From: Macrostomum lignano
Lineage: Eukaryota
NCBI GenBank assembly: GCA_002269645.1
Contig: NIVC01000356.1
Span: forward strand, 434,001-498,000
Direction: 5' to 3'
Length of the DNA: 64,000 nucleotides
Position 1 is the first letter of the stretch, and the number at the start of each line of letters is the position of its first letter. Under the pieces are notes generated by a model, which searched no databases, was not told the origin of the DNA, and was given only the letters and a program-made list of their open reading frames with translations. The position numbers and the translations under genes were made by a program. This document shows positions 48,519-61,796 of the stretch, piece after piece.

Positions 48519-49563
48519 TTTCAGTTGCGGATGTCGGCCAATCAGCAACACTGGGAGGCGATGCGGCGGGAGCGTCAGTTCCAGCGTCGGGCCTTTGCGC
48601 AGCAGAAAATGCAGGTGCGTTCGATCTGGTTGATTTTTCTGATTGTCTCCCAGATCCTCAGTTGCTGGGCCAGCCTCCCAGATCCTCAGTTGCTGGGCCA
48701 GCCTCCCAGATCCTCAGTTGCTGGGTCAGCTTCCCAGATCCCCAGTTGCTGGGTCAGCTGTAACATTTGATTTAGTCAACATTTGCCTGGTCAATTTATC
48801 CACATTATACAGCTAGATAGCTAGCATTGCTGAGTCAAACTTGCTATTCATATACATCTATTTGATCAGGCCGCCGGCTCGGACCCGTCAATGAAGGGCA
48901 CCTTGGACAGCGAGTTGCGCGCCCAACAGCAGGCTTTAGACGCGGCGACCAGGCGACACGCCGAGCTGACGGCCGACGCTGCCGCCACCGCCAGTGGCGC
49001 CGACGCGACTGCCGAGTCTTCGGCTAAGCTGCCGCGCCGTTTCACGGTGGGTTGCTGAATTATACTACTTAATAGGTTCTGCTTATACTACTAATTGGTC
49101 GTCTTAAATGTGTTTTCTGATCGCAAGCGTAGGGTCCTCACTATTTAGGTCCTGACGATCGGCTCATGCGGTAAACGCAGCTGACTCTCGCGCCACGACT
49201 AAGGTTCGAGGTTCGATTCTGTGCACGGCTACATTAATTTGGTACTTGTGCAGGAAACTTGAACAACCCCCAAGGAATAGAGTGTACACATGCCCGACGG
49301 TCAGGGCCTCTGTGTATGAGTGCGTGCCTGTGTACAGTACTGGTGCGCTTGTATGTGCTCAGGATCAGCGAAATGGGCAGAATCACCTCAGCACAGAGAA
49401 GTGGCAAACTGTGCTACTAAAAGTAGAAACATAGGCTTTTATGCAAATAGTTATTAAATTTTCATTTCCAGTCGATCAACTACGCCCAGCAGTGGTGACC
49501 GATGTGCGATGGATCTCTGAAGACGTGACGGACGAGATCGAAAATAAAAGCATGACAGACTAA
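48519..49563 (+). CDS. Uncharacterised spliced protein, helical/coiled-coil-like; 5' end and final frame uncertain
   Basis: GC-rich exons 48519-48614 (FQLRMSANQQHWEAMRRERQFQRRAFAQQKMQ) and 48870-49046 (AAGSDPSMKGTLDSELRAQQQALDAATRRHAELT...LPRRFT) join in phase 0. The terminal exon begins at 49472. Confidence 0.6.
49145..49430 (+). mobile_element. tRNA-derived SINE-like element (intronic)
   Basis: Pol III A-box-like cggctcatgcggtaaacgc (~49160) and B-box ggttcgattc (~49210). No complete cloverleaf. The 3' extent is approximate. Confidence 0.5.
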
Positions 49564-50274
49564 ATTGCTTATGTTTTGTTCATTCCTAAATTCTTTCGCT
49601 AAATTGCTCGTAAAATCAGTTTTTTTGCAACTTTTCTCACTTTTTGTTGTTTTTATTCTCTCTAATTTTTATACGATATTTTTATTATCTTTTCCTAGCC
49701 GCTTTTTGGACTAGCTGCTCAAATTTATCCACTGAATTCAATGAATGCTCAACTGCGCTTCACTGTTTTTGCTACACTCTGCTTTGTTAAGCAATTTTTT
49801 TGGTCAGCTCTTACTATGATTTTTTATTGATCAAGTACAAACTAATAAATATTGCTTTTATAGTGCTTTATCTTTGTGTTCATAAAGTTGATTGAAAACA
49901 CCAACATTTGCGACAAGGATTATTATTGATCAGGAGGTCACATTGATCCCGGGGAGGTGGAGGTCATGTTGATCTTAGGAAGGTCACGTTGATTTGAAGG
50001 CGATTACATCAATCTGAGGAAGATTGCATTAACCTGAGGGAGGTCACACTGATCGGAGGAAGGTCACATAGATATGATCGAGGGAGGTCACGCTGATTTG
50101 AGGGACGTCACTCACGTAAGTCATGGGTCGCTTAACCTATCGAAGAGTAATAAAGCTGCTGAACTTTTGGGAAAGGTAGTACAAGCGGTTATGTACAGTG
50201 TAGGCAAAATTAATTGAGTTAATGGTCATGGCGATGGCCCGTAGGTAAGTACAGTAGTTTGCTGAATTGGTACA

Positions 50275-50600
50275 CAGTGGCTGCGCAGTATCTCTGATTA
50301 GGGGGGCAGTAGTTAGGTGGTCACCCCCCTTCCCCTTAGGTGGTAACCCCCTTCTAAGAAAGTAAAAAATTACGAACAAATTATGACACACTTCTTACAA
50401 AATGAATGAACAACACGAAATTTCTTATAAAAATGCATTTTTTATCATTGATGCAAGTTGCATAACAGGGGGTGACTATCTGCCCTCCCTTCCTTGGGTC
50501 TTTTTGAGGGCCGTGGGGATGGGGTGGTCACCCCCCTTGAGGCAGTGACCTGTGGTCACCCGGGGGCAGCTGCCCCCCTGCCCCCTCTGCGCCGCCACTG
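50275..50600. mobile_element. GC-rich MITE (hAT-like ends)
   Basis: TIR cagtggctgcgcag / ctgcgccgccactg with internal ggggtgacc/ggtcacccc motifs. No clear TSD. Confidence 0.55.
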
Positions 50601-51049
50601 CACTTGTAAGATAGATTCTAATTAAAGTTTTATTGGAATTTCTGGGTCGATTATTTCGGCACTGATCTATTACCGGGAATAATATTACTATTGAAATATC
50701 TATCTATGATTGTGGGGCCTGTAGTAAGGCTCACTGTTTTCGGGCGTCATCGCCACTTAACCTTCATTTTCCTATTGACATTAGTTTATTGGAGGTGGAG
50801 GATGTGATCGAACCCTGGAATGAAGGGAAGCCAACCCTGGATGAACCGGCAGTCTCGGGTCGGGTCGCCGTCCCTTGCGGCCTTAGTTGCACTTTAAGCT
50901 GAGCGACGAGAGTGAATTGAGCGAAGGCGGGCTGTGTGGGGGAGCATATGAAATAATCCAGGGTAGGCCGCGTCGGCTCGGACCCTGGATGTGTAATGGG
51001 CATGCCAGCGTGTGTTAGTTAGTTAGTATGGCCCTCTCCTCACTCTCTG

Positions 51050-51700
51050 ACCCTGGGCGTTCCAGCCGCCAAATTATCTGCCCCGCTCTGGAGTGGAGGG
51101 GAGGCGGGTTAGGAAAGTAGAGTGCGCCAGGACTCCTTCCTCTCTTCCCCCTTCTGCCCGCGCAGTCCTCGCCAGTCTGTTCTGAACTTCTGGTCCGGGA
51201 CGATTTTCATTGGCTGCGGGCCTCTAATTTTTTTCCTGCCCCTCTGCCGTCAAATACGCGCGCGCGCTGTTTGGTTAGGCTTGGACTTCTTTTTACCTCC
51301 CTACCTTTCTCTCCTGTCTTCTCTTTTCTCGTTTTCTTTCCGTGTCCAGGCCCCGCTGCGCCTCTAAAGATTACAATTAATCACGAACCAGCCGCCCCTC
51401 CTTTTTTCTGTCTCTGCTCTCCGTATTTTCTTTCGCCAGCCCCAGCAGGCCGTCCCACCCACCCCCTCTAGTTGAGACAGACAGAACTTATTCTTACATT
51501 TACGAGCCGCCCGGTCGCTTTTTTGGTCTCGACTTGAAAGTAACAGACTGAGAGGCCAGTGCACGGCAGGACAGGAGAGACGAGGAGCGGACGAGAGACA
51601 GAAGAAGATAGCTCTCAACACTGGCCCGATCCGTACTCGACAAAATAAAAGCAAACCGAGCAACAAACAAAGATAGACAGACGGAATTAAGAAGCAATGT
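51050..51700 (+). promoter_or_regulatory. CpG-rich putative promoter/5' region of the MEK gene
   Basis: GC boxes, inverted CCAAT (~51209), (CG)n run, purine-rich leader-like stretch ~1.6-2.2 kb upstream of the MEK ATG. Positional inference only. Confidence 0.3.
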
Positions 51701-52649
51701 TTGTATCGAATAATTGACCGCTTAAGATTGACTAAACAACTCTGGTGCAGAAATTCTTGTATTAAAACAACAAGCTTGGAGAAGGCTTTTTATTAAATCA
51801 GTTCTATTATTTGCGCCAATCAATAAGTGTGTTGCTGTAAGTAAATTTTTTTATGTCTGTTAAACTGGCATTCGTTGTCGCATCGTTTTGGGATTGGGCC
51901 AGCAGTTAAAAAGGAGTGCGTCTAAGCGTCTTGATTGACCAGAACTTACTTAGCGCTAGTATTCAAATTGAAATTGGTTCTGTTATTATGATGCATACAA
52001 ACAAAACCAACTTCTCGCATTTGACACAGATTTTTAAATCTAAAACTTTACCTGTGGCTGTGATTGTACGAATCACGCCAGAAAAAACTCGCACCCTTTT
52101 AAATGTGGCTAATTAAGGCAATTATTCAACTGCTTGCCGTACCCTGTACGTACATGCGGCTTGTGTTAGCCCTGATTGTTTGTTATAATTGTTACTTCCA
52201 TTGTTTTATTGATTATTTTTAAAGCGTTAAAAAGGCCTACTTTACTGAGCTATATAGCTAGCAAGCTGGAACCCGAGTCATTAATTAACTCATTTCTGAT
52301 TTCTGAATATATATTTCAAATTTTTTAGAACATTATATTACATTGTGAGCGGAGAAATCGTTATATATATAAAATAAGATCGTTATATATATAAAATAAC
52401 GATCCGATAGCACGGAGTCGTAAACATGGGTGTATTAAATTAAAGAAAAACTCAAACCCGACTACAGACGGAGATAAGATAAGCCTGCCGAATGAAAGAT
52501 ATTCGTTTTTTCCTACTGTTTCAAATCTTCGTCAGTTGCCCTCACTGACACTTCATGTACAAGCTTGACTATGTCCTTGCTATTGCTTCGAGCTATACTG
52601 CTGATGGCAGATCGGGTATGGTTTTAAGTTCCAGTTTAAGTCTCCAGTG

Positions 52650-53165
52650 GTCCGCCCTGTTCTTTTCCGCTCTTCGTCTGCTCTTTTTTCGCTCCCCGGT
52701 CCGCCCTTTTCTCCCCCCTGGAAGTCCGCCCTGTACTTTTCCGCTCCCTGGTCCGCCTTGTTCTCTCCCCCCTGGTAGTCCGCCCTGTTCTTTTCCGCTC
52801 CCTGGTCCGCCCTGTTCTTTTCCGCTCCCTGGTCCGCCCTGTTCTGTTCCGCTCTTCGTCTGCTCTTTTTCCGCTCCCCGGTCCGCCCTGCTCTTTTCCG
52901 CTCTTCGTCTGCTTTTCTCCGCTCCCCGGTCCGCCCTGTTCTCCCCCCTGATGGTCCGCCCTGTTCTTTTCCGGTTGCCCCCGGTCCGCCCTGTTCTCCC
53001 TCCCCCGTCTGGTAGTCCGCCCTGTTCTTTTCCGCTCCCTGGTTCGCCCTGTTCTCCCCCCGCCCCCTGGTGGTCCGCCGTTCTTTTCCGCTCCCGATCT
53101 GCTCTTCCGCCTCCCTCATCGTCCGCCCAGTTCCTCCACCCCAGCTGGTCCCGACCAGTTTCTCC
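52650..53165. repeat. ~26-bp C-rich minisatellite upstream of MEK exon 1
   Basis: Variable unit ggtccgccctgttcttttccgctccc. Confidence 0.8.
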
Positions 53166-53293
53166 GCCCCTGAACCGCCGTTGCAGTTGAAGCCCAGATC
53201 AAGTTCAATCGATTCATAAGCCAATAAACAGCTTCAGTTGCATTCCGAATCCTTGCCAATCCCAGGAAGCGGACACAGCCAGACGCAGTCCCG

Positions 53294-56026
53294 ATGTCAT
53301 CAGACCAACCGGCGGCCCCGCCAACGGGCAGGAAGAAGCCGGTCAACCTGACCCTGACCGCTACGGTAACCATAGCAACGCCGTCGCCCAGCTCATCCTC
53401 GGGACCGTCAGATTCAGCCGCCTCAACGATCACGTCGTCGTCGGGCGCATTCGCTTCGGGCGCAGCGGCGTCGGAGTCGATAGACGCCAGCGCGAAGCTC
53501 AACGACGATGGCGCCGAGCTAGACGCCAGCCAGCGAAAGAAGCTGCTCGAGTTTGTGCAGCGAAAGCGCGCAATTGCCGAGCTGCGAAACGACGATTTCA
53601 CCGACATAGTCGAATTGGGCAGCGGCTCCTCCGGCGTGGTGCAACGAGTGCTGCACCAGCCCACGGGCCAAGTGATGGCCAGAAAGCTCATTTATTTGGA
53701 GATCAAACCTACTGTGCGATCGCAGATCATTCGCGAGCTGGAGGTGAGCAATGAGCATTGGCATTGAGCACTGAGCATTGAGCACCGAGCATTGAGCATT
53801 GAGCACCGAGCATTGAGCATTGAGCACTGAGCATTGAGCATTGAGCACTGAGCATTAAGCACTGAGCATTTAGAAATGAGAACTGAGCATTAAGCATTGA
53901 GTACTGAGCATTGATACCGAGCATTGAAGAATTGAGCAGTGAGACCAACCTACCCAAATCAATGTCTAACCCACCCAAACCCATCTCTAACCTACCCAAA
54001 TCTCTAACCTACCCAAATCAATGTCTAACCCACCCAAACCCATCTCTAACCTACCCAAATCTCTAACCTACCCAAATCAATGTCTAACCCACCCAAACCC
54101 ATCTCTAACCTACCCAAATCTCTAACCTACCCAAATCAATGTCTAACCCACCCAAACCCATCTCTAACCTACCCAAATCCATCTCTAACCTACCCAAATC
54201 CGTCTCTAACTTACCCAAACCCGTCTCTAACCTACCCAAATCCATCTCTAATCTACTCAATCCCTCTAACCTACCCAATCCCTCTCTAACCTACCCAAAT
54301 CCATCTCTAACCTACCCAAATCCGTCTCTAACTTACCCAAACCCGTCTCTAACCTACCCACATCCATCTCTAACCTACCCAATCCCTCTCTTACTTACCC
54401 AAATCCATCTCTAACCTACCCAAATCCTCTCTAACCTACCCAATTCCTCTCTAACCTATCCAATCCCTCTAACCTACCCAATCCCTCTCTAACCTACCAA
54501 TCCTACCTAAGACTTGCATCTAACCGTCGTGGCTACTCAATCTCAGTGTAAACCTACCAATTCAAACGGTCAATCCCAAATTCCAGGTCCTGCACTCCTG
54601 CAAAAGTCCCTACATCGTTGGCTACTTCGGCTCATTTCTAGCTGACTCTTCCGCCACCATCTGCATCTGCATGGAGTACATGAACGCTGGCTCCCTGGAT
54701 CTGGTGCTCAAGCAGGCTGGCAGATTGCCCGAACCGATTGTGGCCAAGATCACCCAGTCTGTGCTTCGAGGTTTGGTTTATCTGCGACAGATCAACTGCT
54801 TGCACAGGTAGGTGGGCGGAGTGATGCCTAATTAGTGTTGATATCTGGGATTTCCTATTGGGCGATGGCCGTTAAAGAAGATTTCAGATGAAGCAACTAG
54901 AGAAGCTGGAGACTGTGGTAGAGCAATGAAATTACGGATGATGCACAGGAGTGCTGGGAGAATTCAACAGCCTAGGATCAAGTAGGACGAGGAATTGACC
55001 TAGGAAGATTTATCAACCGAGTTTCAACTCCAACAAAGCAGCTCCGTACGCCGCTGCCCCATTTACAGAGACGTGAAGCCGTCCAACATTCTGGTAAACC
55101 TCGATGGCGAGTGCAAGCTGTGCGACTTCGGCGTGTCCGGCCAGCTGATTGACAGCATGGCTGACAGCTTCGTTGGCACCAGATCGTACATGGCGCCCGA
55201 GCGGCTGAACGGCGAGGAATATTCCATCCTGTCAGACATCTGGTCTCTCGGCCTGAGCTTGATCGAAGTTTCCACCGGGCGCTACCCGATCCCGGAGCCG
55301 GACAGCCGGGATTACACCAGCGTTTTCAGCAGCGACCGCCAGCAGAACCTGCTGGACCACCGGGAGGCCGCTGTGCAAGGGAAACCGCTTAAAGGTAGGG
55401 GCTGAGACATTGGAGAGTGGGGTGCATACATGAGCAACCTTGGGAATCACTCGGCCGTTTCTATTGGCAACACACACATTTAAGTCGCTATTGGCTGAGA
55501 GCATTCACGTGACTACTATTCCGTCCAATAGCGACTTACACGTGTGTGTTGCCAATAGAAACGACCGGGTGAATCCCTAGGTTGCACCCAAGCATGGTGG
55601 GGTGGGTGAGGGAGTGAGGTGGGTGAGGGAGTGAGGCGGGTGAGGGAGTGAGGTGGGTGAGGGAGCAAGTGTTAAAGGAAGAGCTGACGTGCATCATTCT
55701 TATGCAAGGATATGCAGCCGATACAAATTCTACCCCTAAAAAATTGCCCGCTCCCAGGCATGAGCGACTCGCAGACCGGGCCCACCCAGATGGCAATATT
55801 CGAGCTGCTTTCCTACATTGTCTACCAGCAGCCGCCGAAGCTGCCCAGCTTCGCCTTCAGCGAGCAATTCTGCGAATTCGTTGACTGCTGCCTGCGCAAG
55901 GATACAAAGGAGAGAACAAGGCTAGCGGGCCTGCAGGAGCTGGAGTTCCCGCGCATGTACGACTCAGACGAGGCCATCTCGCTTGGGTCCTACCTCAGAG
56001 CGCTGTTAAAAACTCCATTGAAGTAG
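53294..56026 (+). CDS. MAP2K1: Dual-specificity MAP kinase kinase MEK1/2 (Dsor1), ~421 aa, 4 exons
   Basis: Exons 53294-53743, 54587-54807, 55069-55394, 55758-56026 (1266 bp). D-domain [93 protein letters not shown]. Confidence 0.95.
53744..54510. repeat. Two tandem arrays in MEK intron 1
   Basis: 7-bp TGAGCA(C/T) array at 53745-53940, then ~21-bp ccatctctaacctacccaaat array at 53945-54510. Confidence 0.9.
55425..55596 (+). mobile_element. 172-bp palindromic hAT-type MITE in MEK intron 3
   Basis: Same family and length as 6850-7021; 8-bp TSD gtggggtg (55417-55424, 55597-55604). Confidence 0.9.
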
Positions 56027-59000
56027 CGGCCGCTTGGATTTTGTTAATTGTGTATGTTAATGAAAGTTGCTGCCTTTCTTATATATCTTGTTTTCTAAAA
56101 ATATGATACCATTTTGCCGAATGGTTTCAAAGTTTCTTGTCCCGCTTTTCCCATGGACAGCTGTAAGCAGAAGGATGCTCGCAGATGGTGAAAATCTCAC
56201 TGGAGTTCAAAATGCATTAGTACTGAGTTCCCGATATCTTCTGGACTAGCTATTTCTCCTGAACTGCTACCGATAACAGGCAGTCGATCAATTTTTTTAT
56301 CAAGGACCACTAGCAGCATATCCTGTAGAGTACGCATTCTGACACACCTATTGGCCAGAAATTATGCCGTCCATACATCTTCTGTAGAGTCAGGATCAAC
56401 AGTTAAAATCGGCCTCCAAAAAATTTCCACAAATCACGAGTGTAGCGTCCTGGTATACTGCTAGTGGTCCTTGTTTTTTATAAGAGGCAGGGTTATGTGT
56501 GCATCCTGGCGCACTTTAAGCGACATTGTCACACGACCGGCGAGAGGCATTGCTGCCCATTCCACCGACTCCCCTGAGCAGGCACACACTCACACTGAAG
56601 TTTACAGCGGCCCTAACGTTTGAGCATTTTGCCGTTGTCTAAATTTACTGCTTTTAATTTTTTCTCGCGATCTACTTGTGAACCAATCTTGGGCGAAGCA
56701 CACGCTTGTTCCCTATGAAACTTGGAAGTCTAGAAGGTGAGACACTGTCAGTGTTCTCCTGCTTCGCTCGTAAAAATCCAGGGTGACCAGGGATAGCCTT
56801 AGCAATTCGTTGTTGCTTCATTGGGTTTCGGATTTTAAACATTAGTTCTGAGTAGCCGTACATGTAGCGCTTATATTAGAGTTTCTGTGGAGTTTGAAAG
56901 AATTTAAAAAGTCCCATTCTATACGTACTACTCTACTGTTTGTAGGTGAAACGTTCTAACTTGTAAGGCTATTTTAAATAAAACAAAATATAATTTGTCA
57001 CAAACTAGAGAGCAAAACATTGGGCATCGAAGTACTTTTAAAGAGAAAATTGGATTGTAATTGGTTTTCAGTGTCATCTCCGAATTTGCAATGCCCCAGT
57101 ATTTTAACAATTGTTTCTGGCTCAGTACAATGCACACTTGCTTCTTTTAGGTCTAAAAGTGCCCCCAGCATATACCGCAGCTCTGTTATGCGCTCTTTTG
57201 TCTGTCTTTTGTCTATCCGTTGTCCAATGCCTATGCTTTATTCAGATCTTTGTCCGTAGAGAGATTGAATAGTTTTTATCTAATTTGACTAACAATTTCC
57301 TTTCTTCTTTAAAATTGCAGCTTTCATTTGCTGGTTATAATTGTAAAATTTTTATGCCAATCGATGACTTCGTAATTTTACCATCAAATTCGTTACATTG
57401 ATCTGAGCTCCAATTGATGCTAAATGTTCCAACATTAATCCTAATGCACTACCATATGAGATCCATATTCAGTCATTGAAATATGACCACAATATGACGC
57501 CATAGATTCAGATTCCACTTGTCAGCAAAGAATTTTCTGCATATATTTAACTCAAAATAAACTTCAACAATTTCAGTAGTGCATAACCCTGCAATGAATT
57601 GTGCTTATTGTTACTGTGTTTAACAAAGCTAAATAAGCAGTACAATTTAAGCTTTATTAAAATTATTTGATAAGACGGAAATTGACAATTACTATAGTAA
57701 GGACTATGATTTCTTTTAAATGAGCTGGAGGACCCTGTAAAGCTAAGGAACGCATATTTATCGAATCTAGTGCATTTAGTGCATTTAAGACTGATCAAAG
57801 TCTATTAAAACATTTAAGAAAGTAACAGATTTTTCACGGAGATCATGTAGCATTGATCGAGCTAGGACTGCACGCGTCTATTATACATATATAGCAGCTC
57901 TGTGTGGAGGCGAGAGCGCCAGAACGGTGCCTTTGCTTGTTGGGTACGCTGACTCTCGTTTGATAGCGCCACTCGCACCCTGCGACAAAAAGCCACGTCA
58001 CGTCGAGTGTAGTGTACGCGGTGAATGTCTACTGCCCATGCCTCCGTTTTACATGTACTTAGTGTTTTTACGTTTTCAAGTGTTTTTACGTACGTTTTAA
58101 TAATTCTTAAATTCCTACTGTATTAATAGGTTTATTATTTTATTTCTGTATACATACGTAACTCCATGAATCCGGTCAGTCGTCAGTCAGTCGATCGATC
58201 AGTCGGTAATCTGCAATCAAGTCCTGCAATCAGTCAATTTGTCAGTCAGTCAGTCAGTCCTTCGTGCTCTGCCGAGGCAAAAAATCACAACGTGCGCCGT
58301 GTTGTACAGTTTTAGGAAAACGAAACATTAACAAAATATAATGTAAAACTGTTACAAATATACTATAGTTTAGTGTAATTAGCAATAACTAGGGTATTTT
58401 AAGTTATATTATAATATTTTTTAATATCGTAACATTTTTAACATAACAAATTTTAACATAAATGTCTTCAAATCTTCCAAGAAAATAAAAAGCAGTACAA
58501 AAACAATATAACTTTGAATATTTGACTCCCTATAGCGAGTGTATCCCTTCAGTTTATGAGATAAAAAGTTATACTTTGGTAACTTTGGATCTGGTTCTAG
58601 AACCAGAACAAGCAATTAGGGCCTATGAAACGCCACACTTAGAGAGCCTCTTCACGGCAATCGATTCCAGAACCAGAATCGGTTCGGATTTCCAAGAAAA
58701 AAAGCAGTATAACTATTTAACTTTGTTGAATGTTTGACTGCCTTAACAGCCTCACTTTGCACAATTTTTCACTTTCTTCTTGGCTATTGCCATTTATTAA
58801 TCAAATTTTAAAGCACTAGTATCCCTCTAGTTTAGGAGACAGAAAGTTATACTTTACAAATTGGTTCTGGTTCTAGAACCAGAACAAGCAATATGAAGAG
58901 CCTCAGAGACACGGCGGCCGCGTCTATAACCTAATCCAAAAACTTATAGAAATGGCAGCCGTGTCTCTAATAGTGCCTAAGACTAGTCTATACTTATAGA

Positions 59001-59749
59001 CACGGCCAGCTCTAATATTATATTAAGCTCTAATATTATAGACCGTGTCTCTAATAGTGTGATTAGTGCCTAAGTTTAGGCCCTATACTTACAACTTATA
59101 GACATGGCAAGTTGGCGACTGTGTCCATACAATATAGAATGCATGCATCTAACACTGGAGACAGTGGCCATGTCTATAATACCTTCATAGCACCAGCAGC
59201 AGTGAGCAGTGTCATTAATATTAAATGGCAAATGAATTTATTGCCACAATTTAAAGCAACAGTAGCTACCATGGTTTCCTGTTGATTCGTCTGCCGCCAA
59301 TTTGTCTGCTCAGCAGACGAACTGGCAAACGAATTCGTCTGCTAGCCAATAAGATTTGAGGAAGAAAAGGAGGGAAAGGGTGATGGAAACCTGCTTTAAT
59401 CTTCTTTTAATGAATGATTTTCTCGCTGTATATAGTATAGGCTATATGTGTAGTGTTATATAGCACATAAATATTCAGAAATTATGTAATACAATATAGT
59501 AACTGCATCTCTTAACTTGATAACTTGATCTCTTGATCTATAAGTTAAAAACAAGTACTTAAATGATTTTAAGCGCCATTTTAACGTCCTCAGTAAAAAC
59601 AAAACAAATGACAAGATTTTATTTAAAAAATCGATAAGTATTTATAAACACTGTTTTAAGAGTTATATAATTTTTTCATTTTTAGAATACCAGATACCTG
59701 TTTCAATACCTATCTACTCTCTTAGCTCCCCTTCTTCTCTTTTCCCGCT

Positions 59750-60870
59750 CAGAGAGGGTGAAAGAGTGGCGACATTGTTGGATGAGAGAGTAAGGTTGAG
59801 TGAGAGGGTGAGTGAGAGGGTGAGTGAGAGAGTGGCAAGAGGGTGAGAGGGTGAGTGGCGAGAGGGTGAGAGGGTGAGTGAGAGAGTGGCAAGAGGGTGA
59901 GAGGGTGAGTGGCGAGAGGGTGAGAGGGTGAGTGAGAGAGTGGCAAGAGGGTGAGAGGGTGAGTGGCGAGAGGGTGAGAGGGTGAGTGAGAGAGTGGCAA
60001 GAGGGTGAGAGGGTGAGTGGTGAGAGGGTGAGTGGTGAGAGGGTGAGGGAGAGAGTGGCGAGAGGGTAAGAGGGTGAGTGGTGAGAGGGTGAGAGGTGAG
60101 TAAGAGAGTGGCGAGAGGGTGAGTGAGAGAGTGGCAAGAGGGTGAGAGGGTGAGTGGCGAGAGGGTGAGAGGGTGAGTGAGAGAGTGGCAAGAGGGTGAG
60201 AGGGTGAGTGGCAAGAGGGTGAGAGGGTGAGTGGCGAGAGGGTGAGAGGGTGAGTGAGAGAGTGGCAAGAGGGTGAGAGGGTGAGTGGCAAGAGGGTGAG
60301 AGGGTGAGTGGCGAGAGGGTGAGAGGGTGAGTGAGAGAGTGGCAAGAGGGTGAGAGGGTGAGTGGCGAGAGGGTGAGAGGGTGAGTGAGAGAGTGGCAAG
60401 AGGGTGAGAGGGTGAGTGGTGAGAGGGTGAGGGATAGAGTGGCGAGAGGGTAAGAGGGTGAGTGGTGAGAGGGTGAGAGGTGAGTAAGAGAGTGGCGAGA
60501 GGGTGAGTGAGAGAGTGGCAAGAGGGTGAGAGGGTGAGTGGCGAGAGGGTGAGAGGGTGAGTGAGAGAGTGGCAAGAGGGTGAGAGGGTGAGTGGCGAGA
60601 GGGTGAGTGGCAAGAGGGTGAGAGGGTGAGTGGCGAGAGGGTGAGAGGGTGAGTGGTGAGAGGGTGAGGGAGAGAGTGGCGAGAGGGTAAGAGGGTGAGT
60701 GGTGAGAGGGTGAGAGGTGAGTAAGAGAGTGGCGAGAGGGTGAGTGAGAGAGTGGCGAGAGGGTGAGTCAGAGAGTGGTGAGAGGGTGAGAGGGTGAGTG
60801 AGAGAGTGGCGAGAGGGTGAGTCAGAGAGTGGTGAGAGGGTGAGAGGGTGAGTGAGAGAATGGTGAGTGG
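59750..60870. repeat. Polypurine-biased compound satellite (GAGAGGGTGAGTG family)
   Basis: ~1.1 kb built from gagagggt, gagtg and gagagtggcaa modules; the + strand is almost free of C. Confidence 0.95.
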
Positions 60871-61796
60871 TCGTTTTTGCAGTCCATTGACCTCATACCG
60901 GTTCTAATGCAGTTCATTAGATTAAGAATGTCTTCAAATTTGCAGGTTTAATTTATTGCCCAAGCATAAATCTATCGCGAGAAAAATCAAGCTTATACAT
61001 GTAAATAGTACGAGTAGCATTAATAAAGTTGTCCAAGTGTGTAGCAATTAGCTGGCAATATAGAGAACAAATCATGTGTTGTGCATTGATAGCGGGGGGG
61101 GGGGCATTGTGTTGCTAAGCCGCTGCTAAATGCATGGTTAGTCGAGACCAGTCGAGGAATTTACTAAGCCTAAGTTCTAGCAATGCTGTATGACGCAATA
61201 TGGTATGTGCAAAGATGCATGGGACTAAACTTGCAGAATAAGAACGAATCAATTATATAATAGAATAGAATAATAGAATAGAATTCTTATAGAATGAACT
61301 CGTACGAACCACCAATTCCAATCCATTTGTAAACAATCAATTGCTTCACTTATAAATTTCACTCACCAGTTTTAGCACGTTAAGTAACACTAAGTCTAAC
61401 TCACACAAAACCTTATTGTTCTCCACGTTGTGTTAGTTTGTTTTGCTTTACTGTTTCGTATTTAGCTTTTATACGAGCTATAGAAGAGAACGAAATGACA
61501 TCACGAACTTATTATGCACCACACATGTTATTTAAGAGCATCTGTAATTGCAATATATTTAACCTAAATCGTACTTACATGAAAGACAAAGCCTTCCACT
61601 GCAATATGTATATCAAATGCCTTAACCTACAGGCTAGGCGATAATAAATCATACACGATGCAAATACATACACTGTAGTACGCATGCCTGTTTTCATTAC
61701 TTTTATAGTTAGTTCAAGATAAAAAATGTGAATCCCAAAAAAGTTATAATGGGATTGAAGCTTGAAAATCACGCAGTGATTTGCTTGGGATAGAAA

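Noticed and set aside
44901-48551. Multiple 100-255 aa ORFs (LIDLIDRL, CCYPQPL, SHRFPHT types)
   Set aside because: Translations of 23-31 bp minisatellites in several frames.
49145-49230. tRNA gene
   Set aside because: A- and B-box-like motifs are present but there is no acceptor stem or proper cloverleaf; called SINE-like instead.
59703-60613. 200-300 aa His/Leu/Pro/Ser ORFs
   Set aside because: The pyrimidine strand of the GA satellite cannot form stop codons.
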